A stretch of DNA of 63,844 nt, the filler included, from Stramenopiles sp. TOSAG23-6 (Eukaryota): the NCBI GenBank assembly GCA_900128565.1. It is 9 parts of 9 records of this genome, joined end to end, with 100 filler letters (N's around TTAATTAATTAA, not from the genome) between each part and the next. Parts side by side here need not be neighbours in the genome. Positions count along the whole stretch, not along the records: positions 54,944 to 62,662 come from LT636527.1; positions 62,763 to 63,844 come from LT639766.1; 7 more parts are not named here. One strand, written 5' to 3'. Made by a program: the position numbers and the translations under genes. The number at the start of each line of letters is the position of its first letter. Position 1 is the stretch's first letter. This document shows positions 62,156-63,844 of the stretch, piece after piece. The notes beneath the pieces are model-generated. The model was given only the letters and a program-made list of their open reading frames with translations. It did no database searches and had not been told where the DNA came from.

Positions 62156-62640
62156 TTGATGAAAATTTTTTTTTTTTTTTTTCTTGGATAATTTTTGAAG
62201 AATAGAAAAATAATAAAATTGTAATGTACACATATTTGCATATACTATATGAAAGCTGAAAAAAACACTTCCGACTTTTTATACGAGTATCCATGCCCTA
62301 ACCCTAATGAAGAATTTGATCACCATCAAAACATTTTTAATGAAACTTACATGGAATATTTTTTATTTGAGCAGTTTTGTTCATATCCAAATGAAATACA
62401 AGAAAATATTCATCCAACCATTCAAGATAAATTAGAAATTGGAGTATCAAGTACTCATGATTTTTTTCAAATGTATAAAAAAATGCAATATCTTTGAACC
62501 TTTCTCTAATTACTCTCATACGAATTCTATAGAGCGTCATAAGACTAACAAAAATAGAAATTTTGATGTTTTAGATGAAATAGATGAAAAAAAATTCATT
62601 GATTTAATTTTAGAAGATACCAAAACATGTATTTTAAAGG
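60144..62640 (+). CDS. Multi-exon protein with a CAP-Gly-like domain (structure uncertain)
   Basis: IKIGDVV...VVSWIG...GLFLGLTL...GCDG...GHLYRKF...FGIF; N-terminal coiled coil; NIQ repeats. Confidence 0.5.
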
Positions 62641-62798
62641 TTTTTTTTTTTTTTTTTTTTTTNNNNNNNNNNNNNNNNNNNNNNNNNNNNNNNNNNNNNN
62701 NNNNNNTTAATTAATTAANNNNNNNNNNNNNNNNNNNNNNNNNNNNNNNNNNNNNNNNNNNNAGAATATAATAATTTGTGAGAGGAGCAAAACTGCGT

Positions 62799-63844
62799 TC
62801 AACGTCCCCTGGACCCTGCAAACGTTGCTAGCTGTTGTATTTGTGCTTTGGCCATTTTAATTTGCATATCGCTGTCTTGAAGTTTCTTCTTCAGGGACCT
62901 CGCCTCGTCTCTGTATTTGTCACTACGGCTCTCTTCTTGACGCAATCTTTCTAGGGCCTTCATAGTAATTTTCGTCTGTTCGTTGGCCTCTTGTTTTGCT
63001 TTAAAAACTTCTTTTTGCGCGTTTTGGTTTATTTCTGCGATTATAGCCTTGTCGGTTTTTTTCACGTCGACCAGTTTGTTTTCAATTTCTTCTACTTTAT
63101 TCTTCCATTCTTCGATCAATTCTCCATCGGCTTTGATGGCATTTGCTGTTTCCCTTTCATGATGCAATGCTTGCTTGATGGACTCAAAACGCTTTTGGAG
63201 GTTTTCCATCTCATCCTTGTGTTTCGCCTGGTGCTTTTTAGTGTCAGTGCGCATTGATCGGTTCTCGCTCGCTTTCTTTGTCATTTCTGTTAATGCCTCG
63301 TCCATTCGCTTCCGCATCTCTTCTAGCTGAACCCTTGTTCGTTTCTCAACTTCTTCAACCTTTTTCCTGTACTCGGCAGCTTCTTTCTGGTGCTCGATAA
63401 CAGCAAACGAAGATTTTTGTTTTAACAGAGAATACTGATCGGATAAGCCAGAGTGTTTTTCCTCAAGAATTTTTAGCGACTTTTCCATACCCCCCTTTTC
63501 ATTGCTTCGCATTTCATCTGCTTCCTCAAGTTTTCTCTGAAGCACTTCGTTTTCGGTTATGGTTTCATTTAGCCGCTCTTCTAGCGTTTCATTTTGCTTT
63601 TGAAGTTCCGACTTTAAATTCGCTATTTCATCGGAATGGGCGGCCTTTATCCCTTCGACCTTTACTCGATGCTCATCAATAGCAGCAGTTAACGTCAACA
63701 TATGTGATGTTTTGCACGATTCCGCTGTCTCACTCATTACAGAAGCTTTGTCTTTATCAAAAGCTTCTTTTAATTTCAAAACGGCTTCTTTATGTGCTTG
63801 GGCCTTTTTTGCAAGCGCTTCTTCCAAGATTTCGTAATTGGCTA
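62799..63844 (-). CDS. Long coiled-coil protein, C-terminal part
   Basis: Open frame over 340 aa with Glu/Lys/Ala heptad character. Confidence 0.65.
   Translation of the reverse strand, partial: ANYEILEEALAKKAQAHKEAVLKLKEAFDKDKASVMSETAESCKTSHMLTLTAAIDEHRVKVEGIKAAHSDEIANLKSELQKQNETLEERLNETITENEVLQRKLEEADEMRSNEKGGMEKSLKILEEKHSGLSDQYSLLKQKSSFAVIEHQKEAAEYRKKVEEVEKRTRVQLEEMRKRMDEALTEMTKKASENRSMRTDTKKHQAKHKDEMENLQKRFESIKQALHHERETANAIKADGELIEEWKNKVEEIENKLVDVKKTDKAIIAEINQNAQKEVFKAKQEANEQTKITMKALERLRQEESRSDKYRDEARSLKKKLQDSDMQIKMAKAQIQQLATFAGSRGR

Noticed and set aside
1-62662. Repeated gtacctaac units as a CRISPR array or a conserved peptide (SYEILYLT / RNFVPN)
   Set aside because: Copies are dispersed, irregularly spaced and interrupt eukaryotic genes, with no cas genes; the peptides are translations of intron sequence

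Overview
AT-rich eukaryotic (protist) DNA, most likely a flagellated uncultured lineage from a single-cell/MDA assembly. It consists of nine unrelated contigs (the seven complete ones ~7.7 kb, sorted by length) joined by 100-nt N-TTAATTAATTAA-N spacers; two contigs are fold-back (inverted-duplication) artefacts. Genes include SRPK, an MnmH/SelU-like enzyme, RhoGEF-FYVE, SRP54, an EF-hand-PAP2 fusion, ETF-beta, ankyrin-IQ-RING, ZMYND10, EF1-beta, NhaB, PDCT/ROD1-like, KANSL2-like, PP4R3, a Trf4-like polymerase, BCKDHB and TMEM144. The main discovery is one abundant family of ~90-130 nt introns (about 40 copies by manual count). They have a GTAYG 5' end, an internal palindrome GTACGAAATTTYGTAC fused to a TACCTAAC branch-like motif, and short terminal inverted repeats (GTAT...ATAC). 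Conserved protein motifs are restored only if most are spliced with non-AG acceptors (mainly GT-AT, also GT-TT and GT-GT). The acceptor dinucleotide often copies the last two exon bases, like a 2-bp target-site duplication. This points to an introner-type transposon paired with a splicing system relaxed at the 3' splice site. All splice calls are inferred from reading frames; no transcript data were available.
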